Assembly (NCBI GenBank): GCA_025594325.1
Contig: JANHCV010000006.1
Span: forward strand, 310,001-374,000
From: Blastocladiella emersonii ATCC 22665
Taxonomy: Eukaryota; Fungi; Blastocladiomycota
Direction: 5' to 3'
DNA: 64,000 nt
Below the pieces are notes generated by a model. The model saw only the letters and a program-made list of their open reading frames with translations, made no database searches and was not told the origin of the DNA. The translations under genes were made by a program, and so were the position numbers. Of the stretch, positions 1-12,685 are shown one piece after another. Position 1 is the first letter of the stretch. Each line of letters opens with the position of its first letter.

Positions 1-2782
1 CGCAGCTCCACAATGCGCGTGCCGAGGTCAAGGAAGTAATGGAAAAGGCTGTTGACAATGAGAATCATGCGGTTGGCCATGACGAGCTGCGAGGCGGAGC
101 CGATACGCGACGAAAGGTCGAGGTCCTTGCTCGCGCAAAAGATCGCGTTTGCAGCGACAAGCACCTCGGCCTGCTCGAGCCTGCTGATGTCCCAGGACCG
201 ACCGATGCGTGGCAGGTTCACGGAGATGCCGACCGAAAGGACATAAGTCGAGAGGAACCGATGAAGACGGAGCACGACGCGGCCCTGGGCGCAATGCACG
301 TCCACCTTTTTCAGGCGTACCGGGCCGCACACGTACATGAGCTGCTCGACGCCATTGACATTGACAGTGACAGAGCCAGGCCAATCAGTAAATGTATGCG
401 GCCTGGGCAGCGTGACCTTTGTTGACCGCTCCTTGCCCGGCGGAAGCTTCAGCACGAGTTCCATGGAGTCGGATGCGGTCACGATGGCGTGAAGCGGGCG
501 AAGCGGCCAAGACTGGACGACGGAAGGAACCGGCGGGCGCGACTGGATGAACCCGCGCAGCGGCGCGTAGAAGGAATCCGCTGGAACTTGCGTCAAAGTG
601 ACGTCCGTGAGCGAAACGGGCTGGCCGCCGAGAAGCTCGCGCGGCCGTTTGGCTGCGCCCGGAAACTCACAAAACACGCGAAACCGCTGCGTTTCTGATT
701 TGCCAAAATCGCCCGAGAGGTAGAAGGTGAGACTGACTTGCGAATGGTGCCGATCCAAATCAACAACTGCGAGGCTCTCGAAACGCTGAGTCGATCCATT
801 TTCGCGGGTACCCTCGACCACGATAAATGACGGGTCCGGGGCACCGTGGAGGTCAAGAGGAACAGAGAGGTCGACGCGGTAGATGGACTGATCCGCTGCA
901 GATTTGGTACCGAAGAAGCCGTTGCAGAACAACATGTGCATGAGGGTACACGTTCCCTCGGCCACATTGATTTCAAGCAAAGCGTGCTTGCACATATCGT
1001 GCACCGCCTCGCCACCGATCCAAGGCAGCGTGACGAGCGGAGAGCTTCCAGCAACAGCGAGCCGCCCGGCTGCAAAAGCGTACGCAATGAGTTTGGCGAA
1101 GAGGGCGTCAGTGCGCATCGTGTCCGCTAACGAGGCGAGCAAACGCGTCAGTTTTAAGGAAACACACTAACCCAAACACACATAGACGTACTCATTGGCC
1201 GAGAGGAGCGGTACCAGTGCGTAAAACACTTGGTTAACGCATCGCGGAGAAACGGCGAGTCGGCCAAAGCGGTAGGGATGGTCGGTGTGCGAATTTTGTA
1301 AAACGAAAAGTATTTGGCCTTCGGGTTGCGCAGCTGTTCGTTGGTCCACGCGATGTGCCGGACGTAAGTCGCCCAGCCCTCCTCGCTCGGGAGCTCGGTC
1401 AAGTGGACGCCAAGAAAGGCCGCGAAAGCTCCATAGTCGAGTCCCGTGGCTTCGAAAATCAGGTCCTGGTGCGAGGAAGCAGAAGAAGCAAGTTTGGTCG
1501 AGTACGCGAAGATCATGGAGCGCTCCCACTTGTCGATGATCGGCGTGAGCAGAGCCGCACCGTGGATCAGGATCCCAAAAAGCGGGCAAGTCGAGTCCAT
1601 GAGGTTGGAGGTGTCAATCACGTCAAAGCGCATGGCCGGGTCCGCTGCGAGGGTCTCCATGAGAGTCAGTGCGTGTCCAGCTGCAAACGTGAACCGCGCA
1701 CCGCCACCGGACGCCTTGGTCATGGCCCGCTGCAGAATCCAGGTCCAATCGTACATTTCGTCCGTAATAAACTTTTCGGGCAGATCGGATTCGAGTGGTA
1801 CGCTGGTCGCCTCGAACGGGAAGTTACCGTTGCGCAAAGCGTAGTAAAGCGATCCGTCGCTGCGCACGAGCAGCATGGTCGGGTTGACTTCGGGCCACTC
1901 GAAGTCAAGCGCCGCGTCGCTTTCCGGTTCGGCGCGGCGGCCGTGTTTGTCGTACGGGCGGCGATCTTGAGCGTCGAGCAAGTAGACGCCCTCGACGGTG
2001 TGACGCTCGGCGTGGCACGCTAGCTGGGCGAATTTGGTGCCGTGGATCAGGCCGCGGTAGCGCGACTGCACGGCTGCCATAAATTGTTTCGCATGATCGG
2101 CGGACGCTGCACGCTGGACGGTGGGGTCCGGGTGGGACCGGTAGTAATGCTCGCGCTGAGCGAAGAGCGTCTCGGGAGTCCAATCCGCATCAAGCCAGGA
2201 CTGCCAGCAGTGGCGGACGGCGCGCAGCGTCTCCTCGTTGAGAACACGCAGCGGTGCGTCGTTGGGCACGTTGAGCCAGTCCTTGGCGAGGCATGCGCGC
2301 ATCCGTATGTCCCAAAAATCGCGAAATCCGGGCTCGAGGAGCAGCGAGTACCAGAGCTGGGTGATCCAGTCGACGGGTAAGCTCGCGGCGCGGCAGTCCA
2401 CGATGGTATGGAGGATAAGCAGGTTACGCGCAAGAATCTCGGGACGCAGGTCGTTGAGCACGAAGGAGAGCTTCGCAGTGCCCTGCTTCACGCCGTAATC
2501 CTCGAGCGTGCGGACCACGTCGCGCAGGTCGCCGCATCCGCAAACGAGCGCCTTGAGCTCGGGCCGACCGGTTGGGTCATGGTACAGGAAGAGATCGCGC
2601 GGGCACTCTCTGCGGTACGGCGAGTAGACGTCAAACTGCTCCCCGCAGACCATGGAGCTGCAAGTCAAGGGCAGCCGGTGCGCGGGGAGCATTTCCGACG
2701 GCGGGGCCTCGGCAGGCCCGCGGTCCACGTCCGCGGGCGGCTTTGCATCAGCTTTCATTTGCTTTTGTCTAGATTTTGTCAT
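1..2782 (-). CDS. DUF4470-domain protein, runs off the window start; intron about 1127-1191
   Basis: ORF 1154-2836 contains LVCGCGDLRDVVRTL...FVLNDLRPEILARNLLIL and FDVIDTSNLMD, typical of DUF4470. A GTACGT...CTGAC...TTAG intron joins it to a stop-free frame (MRTDALFAKLIAY...) that stays open to position 1. First in-frame ATG is at 2782. Confidence 0.75.
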
Positions 2783-3019
2783 TGCATTGGGTGGTATTGG
2801 GAGACGGAGCGCGAGACGGCCAGTTTTCGCATGCAAACCGGATTGAGCCTCCCACGTGCGAGGCGTGATGCTCTCGACCGTCCAGCCGGCGGACGCGTCG
2901 GGCCGTCCTCGCCTTCTCCCCGCCCTCTCTCCCCCAAATCCCGAACCTTATGACCCGCACTCTATGCAATGCATCTTTAACCTGTGAAAGCACCATTTGA
3001 ACGACACCAAACACCTACC

Positions 3020-4494
3020 ATGCAGTCCAACCGCGCCTCGACGCACGGCGGCGGGCGCCGCCACGCGCACGCCAACATCCGCCGGCGCTCGCTGTGGCAG
3101 AAGATCAAGTCGTACCCAGGCGACACGTGGCTCAAGTACTCGGTACATCTCATCCGACCCGTTCCGTCGCGATCGGCGACCGACTGACCCGGTACGCACT
3201 CGCACTAGGCCGAGTACGAGATGATGGACTGGGAGCGGATCCACCAGACCTTCAGCTGGCCCGTCGGTCTCGGGCTCAACGTCGTGTACCTCGCGACGCG
3301 CTCGATCGACTATGTTGCGTCGACCGCGACGCCGGGTCCGCTGCAGATCGCGGCGGGTGGCGAGATGACGGCCGAGCAGGTGCTGTGGTCGATGGACGAG
3401 CCGTGGACGCAGTGGGCGGTGCGCACGCTCGCGCTCGACGCGTGGACCGGGTCGATCCAGGCCGCGCTCGCGCTCGTGAGTGTCGCCAACGCCGTCTACT
3501 TTTTCATGCGCCGCCGCAAGTATCAGCTCCTGCTCGTTGACGAACGGGTACGCTTTGTCCGAGTCCTGAGCTCATTGATGCGCTCTGATCGTTCGAGTGT
3601 GTGTAGACGCCGCCACGGTCGCGTAACGCACGCCAGGTGCCGGCGGACCCCAAGGACCCGACGGGCCCGACAGCGTGGGAGCTCAACGCGTGGGATATCT
3701 CGGTGTTCCATCGCAACGTCTTTTGGTACGGCGTAGCAGCCATGTGTGTGCAACCGCGTGCGACTCATCTCGAACGTAATGTAGCCTGTTCTCGCCCGTG
3801 CAAGTCTTCATCGCGCACTTCATCGAGTTCTCGTTCTCAACGGCGCTGCTCTTTGCCGTGCTGCCCGTCATGGTTCGTCCCTTTCCGCGTTACCCTCAGC
3901 AACCCCAACTGATTCACCCCTTCCGCTCGCGTGTAGCTCCTGTTCCTGATGCGCATGTTCGAGGACCTGGTCCACGACCGCAACCTGATCGCAGGGCACA
4001 TGTTCCACGAGTACAACGTGCGCCTCGTGTACCCGCGCCTGTTCGTTGCCAAGGCCGAGACCGCCGCCGGCGCCGACTTCCCGGACATGGACGGCGACGG
4101 CGAGGTGGACCCGGATATCAGCATCGACGTCGACCCGGAGATCTACAACCGTGTCATGGCCTCGAGCAGCACCACCAACAGCGGCCGCAGCTCGCCCATG
4201 GTCCCGCACGAGGACCGCCCGATCCGGCCCGCGTACCCGATCGTCCCGCAGGACGACCCGAGCGCAGCGCGCGCGTCCAAGTCGTCGCGCCGCTCGCTCC
4301 ACAACGAGGACACGGTCGTCCCCGGGTACATGTCGTGGACACCCGAGGCCGCGGCCGCGGGTGCAGCATCGAGTGCGTCCGCGGGGACGCAGGCGAGCAG
4401 CAGCCCGAGCCAGGGCTCGTCGTCGACCGCCACGGCGACCGCGACCAAGAAGCGGCCCGCGTCGAACCCGTTCCAGCGGCGGCGTGCGGCGTGA
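3020..4494 (+). CDS. Nuclear rim protein Nur1/Mug154-like (DUF2418) membrane protein, about 4 introns
   Basis: Spliced segments RRRSLWQKIKSYPGDTWL, WPVGLGLN, AVYFFMRRRKYQL, WELNAWDISVF(C)LFSPVQV and DRNLIAGHMFHEYN..VYPRLF match the DUF2418 pattern. Canonical short introns, e.g. 3143-3208. Confidence 0.75.
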
Positions 4495-4675
4495 GGGTGT
4501 TCATCATTCCAATATATAGCTTACTCACACATGCTCCTTGTACGCCGTCAAAGCAAGGGAACTTGGTCAAAGCATCGAACCTTCTTCCTATTTCGTCGCC
4601 GTGGTTTCTCAACCTCAGCCATGGCCGCGGCGACCTCAAACACTCGCACCACTTGGGTCGACCTGGCGCGCGATC

Positions 4676-5040
4676 CCCCGGGTGCATGTCGTGGACGTCC
4701 GAGGCGGTGGCGGCGAGCGCGTCGCGTCGCGTCCGATCGCGGCGGAGAGCACACGCGCGAACAGCAGCCCGAGCCAGAGCACGGCGACCACGACCGCGAC
4801 CAATACCACCTTCGCACACGGTACCCGGGTACTAGTCCTGGACGTCACAGTGGTGGAAGCGGGCGCGGCCAGCGCGCGTCGATGGCGACGGCAGGGACGC
4901 AGGCGAGCAGCAGTAGCCTTACTCAGGGCACGGGGACCGCGACCGCGACGGCGGCTAAGAAGCGGCCCGCGTCGAACCCGTTCCAGCGGCGGCGCGCGGC
5001 GTGATTGTGACGAGCATCCCACTATATAACTTAATTACAC
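4676..5040 (+). repeat. Degenerate tandem duplication of the 3' end and 3' flank of the Nur1-like gene
   Basis: 4676-4806 resembles 4318-4446. 4889-5004 resembles 4381-4494, including KKRPASNPFQRRRAA-stop. The TATATA-containing flank after the stop is also repeated. Confidence 0.85.
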
Positions 5041-5807
5041 GCGCCTTATTGTGGGCATGGAGCTGAGTTGGTTTGTGGCCGGCGTCCGCAATCATCGCAG
5101 CGAGTTTGACCACAGCCGTCCGTGCGATGCCGCTCATGTTTGGCGTTCGCCGCCATGGCCCAACACCCATGGAACTTGTCCGCACGCATCGTGTTCTCAG
5201 AGTCGAGCTGGCTCGCGACCTCAACCGCGACGTTGGCCGCGGCGAGCATCGCGATGATCACGCGTGTTCACTGTCCGCCGTCACCCACCTGTGTGCGACA
5301 GCGATACAGAACGCGCTGAAGTCACGAAAGCGAACGTCGTCCTCTCTGTGGCGATCGTCATCCTCTTGGAGACGGCCACCATGCTCGCGACAGAGCATCC
5401 GAAGCAGCTTTGAGCTCGATCTCTGGTCCATGGCCGCGGCCATGGCCACGCGCCCATGGCCAAGCGCCCTTTGCCCCCTCAGTGCTCATCACTAGTCGCT
5501 CGCTCGTACACACGAAAAAGTCAGGTTGGAGAGAATGCAGCCGCGCCGAGGTCTATGGTACAAAACGACGAGAAATGGGGGAGACAAAACAAACATCGAG
5601 GGAAGAGGGCGATCTCGGCGAAGCCGCTGTGGAGGAAAGGTGGTTTACGGGGTAGGTAGGTAGAGCGTGGTGGTGTGGTGTGGTAAATGGGTAGAGCCGC
5701 GCGAGCCAAACACGCGCGCGCGGGCGAGGAGTCAAAAGGAGGAGGAGGGCTAGCGTAGAGTAGAGGTGGGGGGGGGTGGAGAACAGGTTGAAGGTGAAGA
5801 AACGGCC

Positions 5808-7562
5808 TCAGGCGCTATCCGCGATGCCCGTCGGCACGCGGACCGCGACCGTGTACCGCCCGCCGGCGAGCGTGTAGAGGTCAGACGCATCGGCGACGAG
5901 CGCGGCATCGACGCCGAACGGCGTGTGCGATCCGGGCATCTCGACGCCCGAGTCGTCGAGCCCGCGGGCGGTCGCGGACGCGTCCTGGACGACGCGGAAC
6001 TCGGGCGGCCGCTGGTGCAGGACGCGCGCGTAGTCGGGCGAGGCCACGCTGAACTGGCCGCGCAGGAACGCCATGGCGATCCCGCCGAGCGTGCGGCCCG
6101 ACGGCGTGCGCAGCGAGGCGAGGTGCACGCCCATGGCCGCGTGCACGTGGTCGTGCAGCATCTGCAGGTGCTCCTCGAGCGACGCGTCGTCGACGCCCTC
6201 GAGCGTCGAGACCGTGAGGTCGGCGTGGGCAGTAACCGACGAAGAGCCGGGACGGCTAGTCGAGAACTGCAGGTCCGAACCGGGCGTCACGGGGGCGTGG
6301 ATGCGCGCCGTCGAGGCCGGGTGCAGCGGGGCGAGGGTGCGCGGCGATGGCGCGGTCGAGCCCGAGACGGCCGAGTCCGGGTGGCCGCCGGCGACCGACG
6401 ACGCGATCGACGCGGCTGACGACGAGGTAGCCGTCGACAAGGCGGCCGCGGGACCGAGCAGCGGCACATCCACGTCGACGTCCATGCCGTCCTCCTCGGG
6501 GTCCGCCGACACGGGCTTCTCAGCAACCAGCATCCGCGGCGAGGGGGGCGGGGTGAGCCCGCCAGCGGCCGCCATGGCGGTGGTCGCGGGCATCTCGGCA
6601 GCAACCGTCGCGGTGGCGGGGATGGGCGAGACGCCGGGGAGCTGGAGCGGGGCGCCCGTGACCGTGTAGAGCTGGTCGTAGATGAATCGCGAGCCGACAA
6701 TGGACACGATGAAGGCCATGACGCTAGCGGTGGGCATCGGGTAGACGACGGGGAAGGGGACCTGCGGCAGGCCCGAGAGCGGGTCGACGGGGAACCCGCC
6801 GTCGAGCGCGTTCATGGTCTCGACGCTAGTGGTGGTGGCGGCGGGAGCAGCGACGGTCGCCGTAGACCCGCGGCGCGACAGGCCGCCGGACGAGGGCCGG
6901 CGCGCGAGCGAGTTGCGGCGGGCGATGGCGGCCTCGGGGAACAGGGCCGAGGTCGCGGCACGCACGGGGCACGCGAGGGCGGGGGCGTCGAGCGGGAGGT
7001 ACGGCAGGTCCTCGGCGAGCACGCCGTAGCGGACGAGCACCTCGTGCGGGAGCAGCGCCACGCCCGAGGCGTCGAACTCGATGGGCCGCACGTAGCACAC
7101 CTTGCGGACGTGCCCCGCCGCGACCGCCGGCGCGAGCTCGCCCTGGCACGCGGCGATGGGCGTCTGTGGGGCGAGGTCAACGAGCCACGCGGCGGGCGCG
7201 GGGACGGTCATGCGGTCGACCCACGGGTCGAGCTGGGCGGGCGGCGCAATGGCGTCGAGCGAGGCGACGACGGGGATCCCGAGGGCGCGCAGCTCCGAGA
7301 TGGTGGCGTGGATCACGTCAAAGTGCGGGACGCCGGGCACGCGTTCGGCGGGCGGCGAGGCGGCGGGCGAGTGCAGGCCGCCGTGCGGGCCGGCCGGGTT
7401 CGGGGTGGCGACATGGTCGGCGTGCGGCGACAGGACCGAGAGCTGCAGCAGGTCAAAGGACGCCTTGTTGCGTACAATCTCGATGACCAGGTTGGCCACG
7501 AGACTGACCGTCTCGCGGGTGAGGGGACCGACGACGATGTGGGCCGGGGTGAAGAGTTCCAT
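5808..7562 (-). CDS. Uncharacterised 584-aa protein, possibly a degenerate NmrA-like/atypical SDR fold with low-complexity insertions
   Basis: Single long ORF with strong GC3 bias. N-terminal HIVVGPLTRETVSLVANLV, ELRALGIPVV and C-terminal VASPDYARVLHQRPPEF weakly recall NmrA-like proteins. Function is uncertain. Confidence 0.6.
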   Translation of the reverse strand: MELFTPAHIVVGPLTRETVSLVANLVIEIVRNKASFDLLQLSVLSPHADHVATPNPAGPHGGLHSPAASPPAERVPGVPHFDVIHATISELRALGIPVVASLDAIAPPAQLDPWVDRMTVPAPAAWLVDLAPQTPIAACQGELAPAVAAGHVRKVCYVRPIEFDASGVALLPHEVLVRYGVLAEDLPYLPLDAPALACPVRAATSALFPEAAIARRNSLARRPSSGGLSRRGSTATVAAPAATTTSVETMNALDGGFPVDPLSGLPQVPFPVVYPMPTASVMAFIVSIVGSRFIYDQLYTVTGAPLQLPGVSPIPATATVAAEMPATTAMAAAGGLTPPPSPRMLVAEKPVSADPEEDGMDVDVDVPLLGPAAALSTATSSSAASIASSVAGGHPDSAVSGSTAPSPRTLAPLHPASTARIHAPVTPGSDLQFSTSRPGSSSVTAHADLTVSTLEGVDDASLEEHLQMLHDHVHAAMGVHLASLRTPSGRTLGGIAMAFLRGQFSVASPDYARVLHQRPPEFRVVQDASATARGLDDSGVEMPGSHTPFGVDAALVADASDLYTLAGGRYTVAVRVPTGIADSA

Positions 7563-9216
7563 AGACGGGGAAGGCGGGTTGGTGGAGGTAGAGGTGGTGG
7601 TGGGGCGGAGATGGCGCTAGCGATGTACGGTGCCGAGAGGGAGGAAGACTCGGGTCGGTGGTGGTCAAGGGAGGGAGGGAGACAACGGCACACAGACTCG
7701 GTCGTTCACGAAGATGCGTCGGCGTGAAAACGAGTCGTCGCGAGAGCAGGCGGGTGCGGCACGGCGCGATCGGCGAGGGGGGAGACGCGCGTCTTTGGCG
7801 GCGGCGGCGGGTCAAAGGCAGCGGCGGCGGATCAGGAGGTCCGACTGGTCGACAGGTCGAGCTCGCGCAGCAGCGGCAAAGACGGGAGCCTGCGGGGACA
7901 GGAGAGCGGCAGCAGCAGCGGCGGCTCTTTCAGTGGCGGTGCGGGCGGCTGGCTCAAGGGGGCGAGTCTATTCAGAGGGGACAGGAGATGCGGGAGGAGG
8001 AGCGAGTGTGGCGCGGCGCGTCGTGGGAGAGGGGAGGCAAGCGGGCGGGCGGGCGCGATAAGAACGTTAGATTCCACTCTTCTCTCGCAAGTGCAGGTGC
8101 GCGAAAACGTGTGCATGGCCGTGGCAGTCGGGTGTTGGGGTGGAGAGGGAGGCAGATGAGCGAGCAAGCGGGGAGGAACAAGTCCGGCCGGCGTGCGTGC
8201 GCGCGCGCGAGGGAGACGCAGCTCCGCCGCGAGAGGTGGGAAGGCAAGGGACGAGGGAGGGACCCTGCGCCCCGTGCATGGGGTGCATGACGCTCGCCAC
8301 GTTGCGCGGGCGACCGGCGCATCGCGGACGGGCGCCTCATCATGCACAGGGACGCAAGGGACCGCCGAGCGAGGCGAGGGCGAGGGCGAGAGCGAGGCGA
8401 GGGAGGGAGGGCGGCGGGTCGAGAGGAAATACGACCCATCGGCATGGCGACGTCCGGGCGGCCCGCCCGGTCGGCGGAGGCCGTCTGTGGCATCGTCGGC
8501 GGCGGCGCGTTCGGGACCTAAGCGAGTGCGAGAGAGGAGGAGGAGGAGAAGCAGTCGTGTCGAGTCGATGGCGGTCCGCGGGCGTGTCGGCGCAGCAGCG
8601 GGATCTCGACTCTCCTCTCTTCGGCACCCGTTGAGGCCCACACGAGGCGCGGCCGATGCGATGAGATGCGATGCCGTGGGTGCGCGGACCGCTGCGATGG
8701 GCCACTCGGATGGATGGGGGCCGCGGATGCACACGTCGCAGAAGCAGAGGAGAGAGGTGGCGTACCTCTGCAGCAGCTGCGAGAGGTCGTTCGTTAGGTC
8801 GGTCGGTCGGTCAAGGGAACGCCAGGTTATTGACCGTCGAGGTGGTTAGTGGGGAGAGAGGGGACGGCCCGCGGGAGCGACTTCGACCGCCTTCGCGCGC
8901 ATCGGCGGGCCGGCGGGCCCACGCAGGTCACAGGGACTCCGAGCTCTTTTTTACTTCCAAGGTTCGGCAAGCCTGCCTGCACCGCAATCTCGCGCCTTAT
9001 CGCCGCCTATCAGAGAGCATGGAAAATCGGCCACTTGCCGTTCGCTGCCCCACCGCTCTCGCTGCGAGTCCTGCAAGCCGCGGCCGCGGTCGCGGTCGCG
9101 ACCATGGCCATGGCCATCGACCGCGACCACGGCCACCACCGTCATCCTGACCCAGTACACGAGCCACGTCGCCTGTAATGGAAACCAAATGAATTACTCT
9201 CTCCCACCGAACCGCC

Positions 9217-11312
9217 CTACGCGGTCCGCCCGACCTCGGGCGTGTACTCGTGGCGCGCGACCACGCCGCCGTCCGCGAGCCAAGACGTGGACAGGAGGAG
9301 GGGCAGGTGCGGGTGCCACGCCACGTCGCGGCACACGTTCTGCCGCCGCCACCCGAACATGTCGTTGCGCGCCGCGCGGCCGCCGCCGCCTCCCCCATCA
9401 ACGCTCATGGCCGACACGCACTCGCCGAGGAGGTTGTAGACATGCACGCGCCCGCTGCCGGACCCCGTCACCACGTACGGCCGGCCGCCCGGCGCAAAGT
9501 GGCACCGGATCAGCGTGTTGAGGACCGAGTGCCCGACGAACGTCACGACCGACGCGTCGAGCGGGTGCCGGTGCAGCGCCGGGCCGGCGGCGCCGAGCGG
9601 GTAGCTCTGGTACCGGTAGTCAAAGTCGAGCCGGAGGTCGCGCGCCGCGCGCGGGTGCGCGTTGAACGTCTCGCTCGGCATCATCTTGCGGATATCCCAC
9701 AGCTTGGCGCACTGGTCCTTGCCGTTGCTGACCACGTACCGCCCGTCGTCGCGCGACCCGACGTACGTGATCCCCTCCGTGTGTCCGGGCAGCACGCCGA
9801 CAGGCCGCGCCGCGTCGCCCGGGCGCAGCGAGCGGCGGTCCCACACCTTGAGGAGCGAGTCGTCGGACCCCGAGTACAGCACGTTGGTCGACGCGTCCGC
9901 GAAACACACGGCGTTGACGTCGTCGGCGTGGCCCTCGACGCCCAGCACCACGCGGCGTGCCTCGAGGTCGTAGACCACGATACTGTTGGCCGACGTCGCC
10001 GCGACGAGCTCGCGCCCGTCGGCGCTGAACCGGAGCGACCACACGCCCATGTGCCGGCGCCCGTGCCCCGACTCGCGCGGCGGCGTCAGGTTGAGCGAAA
10101 CCTGCGAGTCGGACTCGACGTCGGTCCGCGCCACGTGCACGATGGGCGTGATGGACGAGTACGCGATCAGGTCGTTTGTCTTGTTGAGCGTCGCGTCCGT
10201 CACGGTCCACTGCCCGACCACCGCGTGGATCGTCTTGTACTCGCGCAGATCGTACGGGTCCGTCGAGTCGTACAGGTGCACCAGGAAATCTTGCGTGCAC
10301 GCGAAGAAGAACTGGCCGTCGTCCGAGAACTGCCCCGAGTACGGACGCGCTACGAGCGAGGGTGCGTGTGTCAGTGTCTCAAACCTTTATACGGCGAGAG
10401 AGAGTTCAACGTACAGTCGTACCGCACCACGGCGCGCCCCTTGGAGTTGGGCAGGAACCGGTCCATGGCGTACGCCTGGTACTCGGGCGACTTGGCGTAC
10501 GCGTGCCCGCCGATCTCGCGCCCGCGCAGCGCCCGCATCGCGTTGAGCCGCGGCATCGGCATCGCCGCCGCCGGGACTCCCGGCCCGCTCGCCCCGCCCG
10601 AGTTACTATCGCGCCGCGGCCGCGTCGCCGGCGGCGGGCTCCCGAGCGACGAGCTCGACGACGACGCCGACGACAGCCGGCGTTTGCGCGGGTGGCCCGC
10701 TGCCGCCGCCGGGCGCGGTGGCGGCGATGATCCCACCTCCGGCTCGACAGCGGCGGTAGCCGATTCCGCGCGCGCCCACGCGCTGCACAGGGCCTCGGCG
10801 CGCCGTGCCTCGGGGCACCGCGCGAGCTCGTTGGCGAGCAGGAGCTCGAGCCCGGACTCGGTGTTGCGCGCGCGCAGCGCCGCCATGGCCTGCGTCACGC
10901 GCTGCTCGTGCTCCGGGTCGGCGGCGGCGCGGGGGCGGCGGGTGCCCGCGGCGGCGGCCGGGTCGTACTCCTCGTCGTCGGAGTTAAAATACTGCGCGCC
11001 GTCGTCGTCGTCTCTGTCCGACACGGTCTCGTAGTTCTCGTCGTCGTCGTCCTCCGCTTCCTCCTCCTCCTCGTTGTGCGCAAACTCGTCGCCGTCGCTC
11101 TCGCCCCCCGCCGCCGTTGTCGTGGTCGAGGTGGTGGTCCCGAACAGCGACCGCAGCAGCTGCGCGAGCGGGCCCGACGTCTGCAGCAGGTCGCTCAGCT
11201 GGGTCACGTCCTCGTCGTCGGCCGCGCCCTCGCCCTCGTCCGCGCTCGACGACGACGTCGGGTCCCACGCGGGATCGTCGTTCGGGTGCGGGTGGTCGTT
11301 GGAGCTCGACAT
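9217..11312 (-). CDS. DCAF11: DDB1-CUL4-associated factor 11 / WDR23 (LEC14B-like WD40 protein); intron 10350-10414
   Basis: YDSRPYSGQFSDDGQFFFACTQDF, VGQWTVTDA, VEGHADDVNAVCFAD, SGSDDSLLKVWDRRSL, GHTEGITYV..RDDGRYVVSNGKDQCAKLWDIRKM, GHSVLNTLIRCHF. Confidence 0.9.
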
Positions 11313-12316
11313 GGTGATGATGATTACAGATTCATTCGATGACAAATGAGAGGGAGAGCGAGAGCGGAAAGAGCGTAACGCGAAGCGAAAAACGGCGCGA
11401 TGGCGGCCGCGGCGCGATCGACGCGCCGTCGCGTGGCGCGCGGTCTCACCGAGCGCCACGCTGCTCGTTCAGCTCCGACGGAAGCGCGCTGGTGTCCGGA
11501 TGGATGACGAACGGCGGATGATCATGTAATCCAACTCGATGCAATGGCCTTGCGGCACCATGGAACGTGTCGTGGGTGCCGCGCGAAGCTCGACGGAAGC
11601 GACTGTCACTACTGCCCAAGTAGCCACCGGCCGCTGAGCTGGGCCTTGCCGTCGCGGCCGGGTGGTTCATGCCGTCGCAGCCGGGTGGTTCATGATGCCT
11701 TGGATCGATGCGAGTCAGGAACTTCGTGGACACTCGTCAACGCGAGAGATGGACCTTGGCCACCTGAGTGGCGCTTGGCACTCGCCCGTCGTCACGCGTG
11801 CTGAGTGAGGGAACAACTTGCCGAGGACGATTCAGCGTATATCATGGTCAAAAACCCAAACCTGTGCCTTCGAGCCCGTGTCATTCTGACGCGTGCGCTC
11901 CGCTCGTCATAGATGACCAAGCTGCGGGCCGCGCTTGCTGCCCGTGACACGACCTGCACCTCGTAGCTGAGATCAGTTTCCGCTCCATGGTGAGGTCGGA
12001 AGCGACGGGAACACCGGCCTCAAGAACACGCCCGCGCAAATCTCGAGCTGCTGAAAGGGACTGTGATCGCGATGCTCACACGTGGGTCACGGGTGTGGCG
12101 CAACGCGTCTCAGCCTGCACTCGTCTCAACTCCGAGGTGGCACTCGGTGCCCCCATCTCTCAATTGAAACTGACTGGCGAACAATATTTACTACGAGCAA
12201 TCAGTTCAGTTACAATTGTTGTATCTTGGCCACGAAACAGTAAAGAACAGTAAACTCTCGCGGTTCTCCTGTACAACTGGCGCGATCCGAGCTTCCCGTG
12301 ATACACTGTTCTGTGC

Positions 12317-12685
12317 ATGTATTTGCGACGCGTTGAGCTCAAGGCGCTCGCGCGCAACTTTCCCAAGCTTGAGCGGCTCTCCCTGGACACCGTGGTTACG
12401 CGTATGAGGCCCATCCCGCAGGGCACGCTTTCATTGCCTCATTTGCGCGAGTTGGACGTGAACGTGTCCGTGGGCGAAGCGCTGGAAGATACGGATCTTC
12501 CAGAGCTCCGCAAGCTCGAGGTGTACGGGTCCATTGAGCTCATTCCGGTTGACCGCTGGCCGAAGCTTGCCGAGATCACGGTTTACGACTGCGAGAACAT
12601 TCCGGAAAGAGTGCGCGAAGCCGCTCAGTCGCTACCCAACTTCAAGAAGCTCGAAGTGGTCCACGACGTTGAATATGAAGTATGA
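12317..12685 (+). pseudogene. C-terminal LRR fragment paralogous to the downstream F-box/LRR gene
   Basis: LSLPHLRELDVNVSVGEALEDTDLPELRKLEVYGSI aligns with VSLPSLQELDADASVCEALCNTELPALRKFTVRGSI (14434-14949). There is an in-frame TGA a few codons upstream and no N-terminal half. Confidence 0.65.

Noticed and set aside
7563-9200. Long purine-rich intergenic stretch with several ORFs of 100-300 aa
   Set aside because: Composition fits a 5' leader or promoter of the 5808-7562 gene. The ORFs are low-complexity with no splice or codon support.
11647-11694. 24-bp tandem duplication upstream of DCAF11
   Set aside because: Two copies only; ordinary slippage with no further structure.
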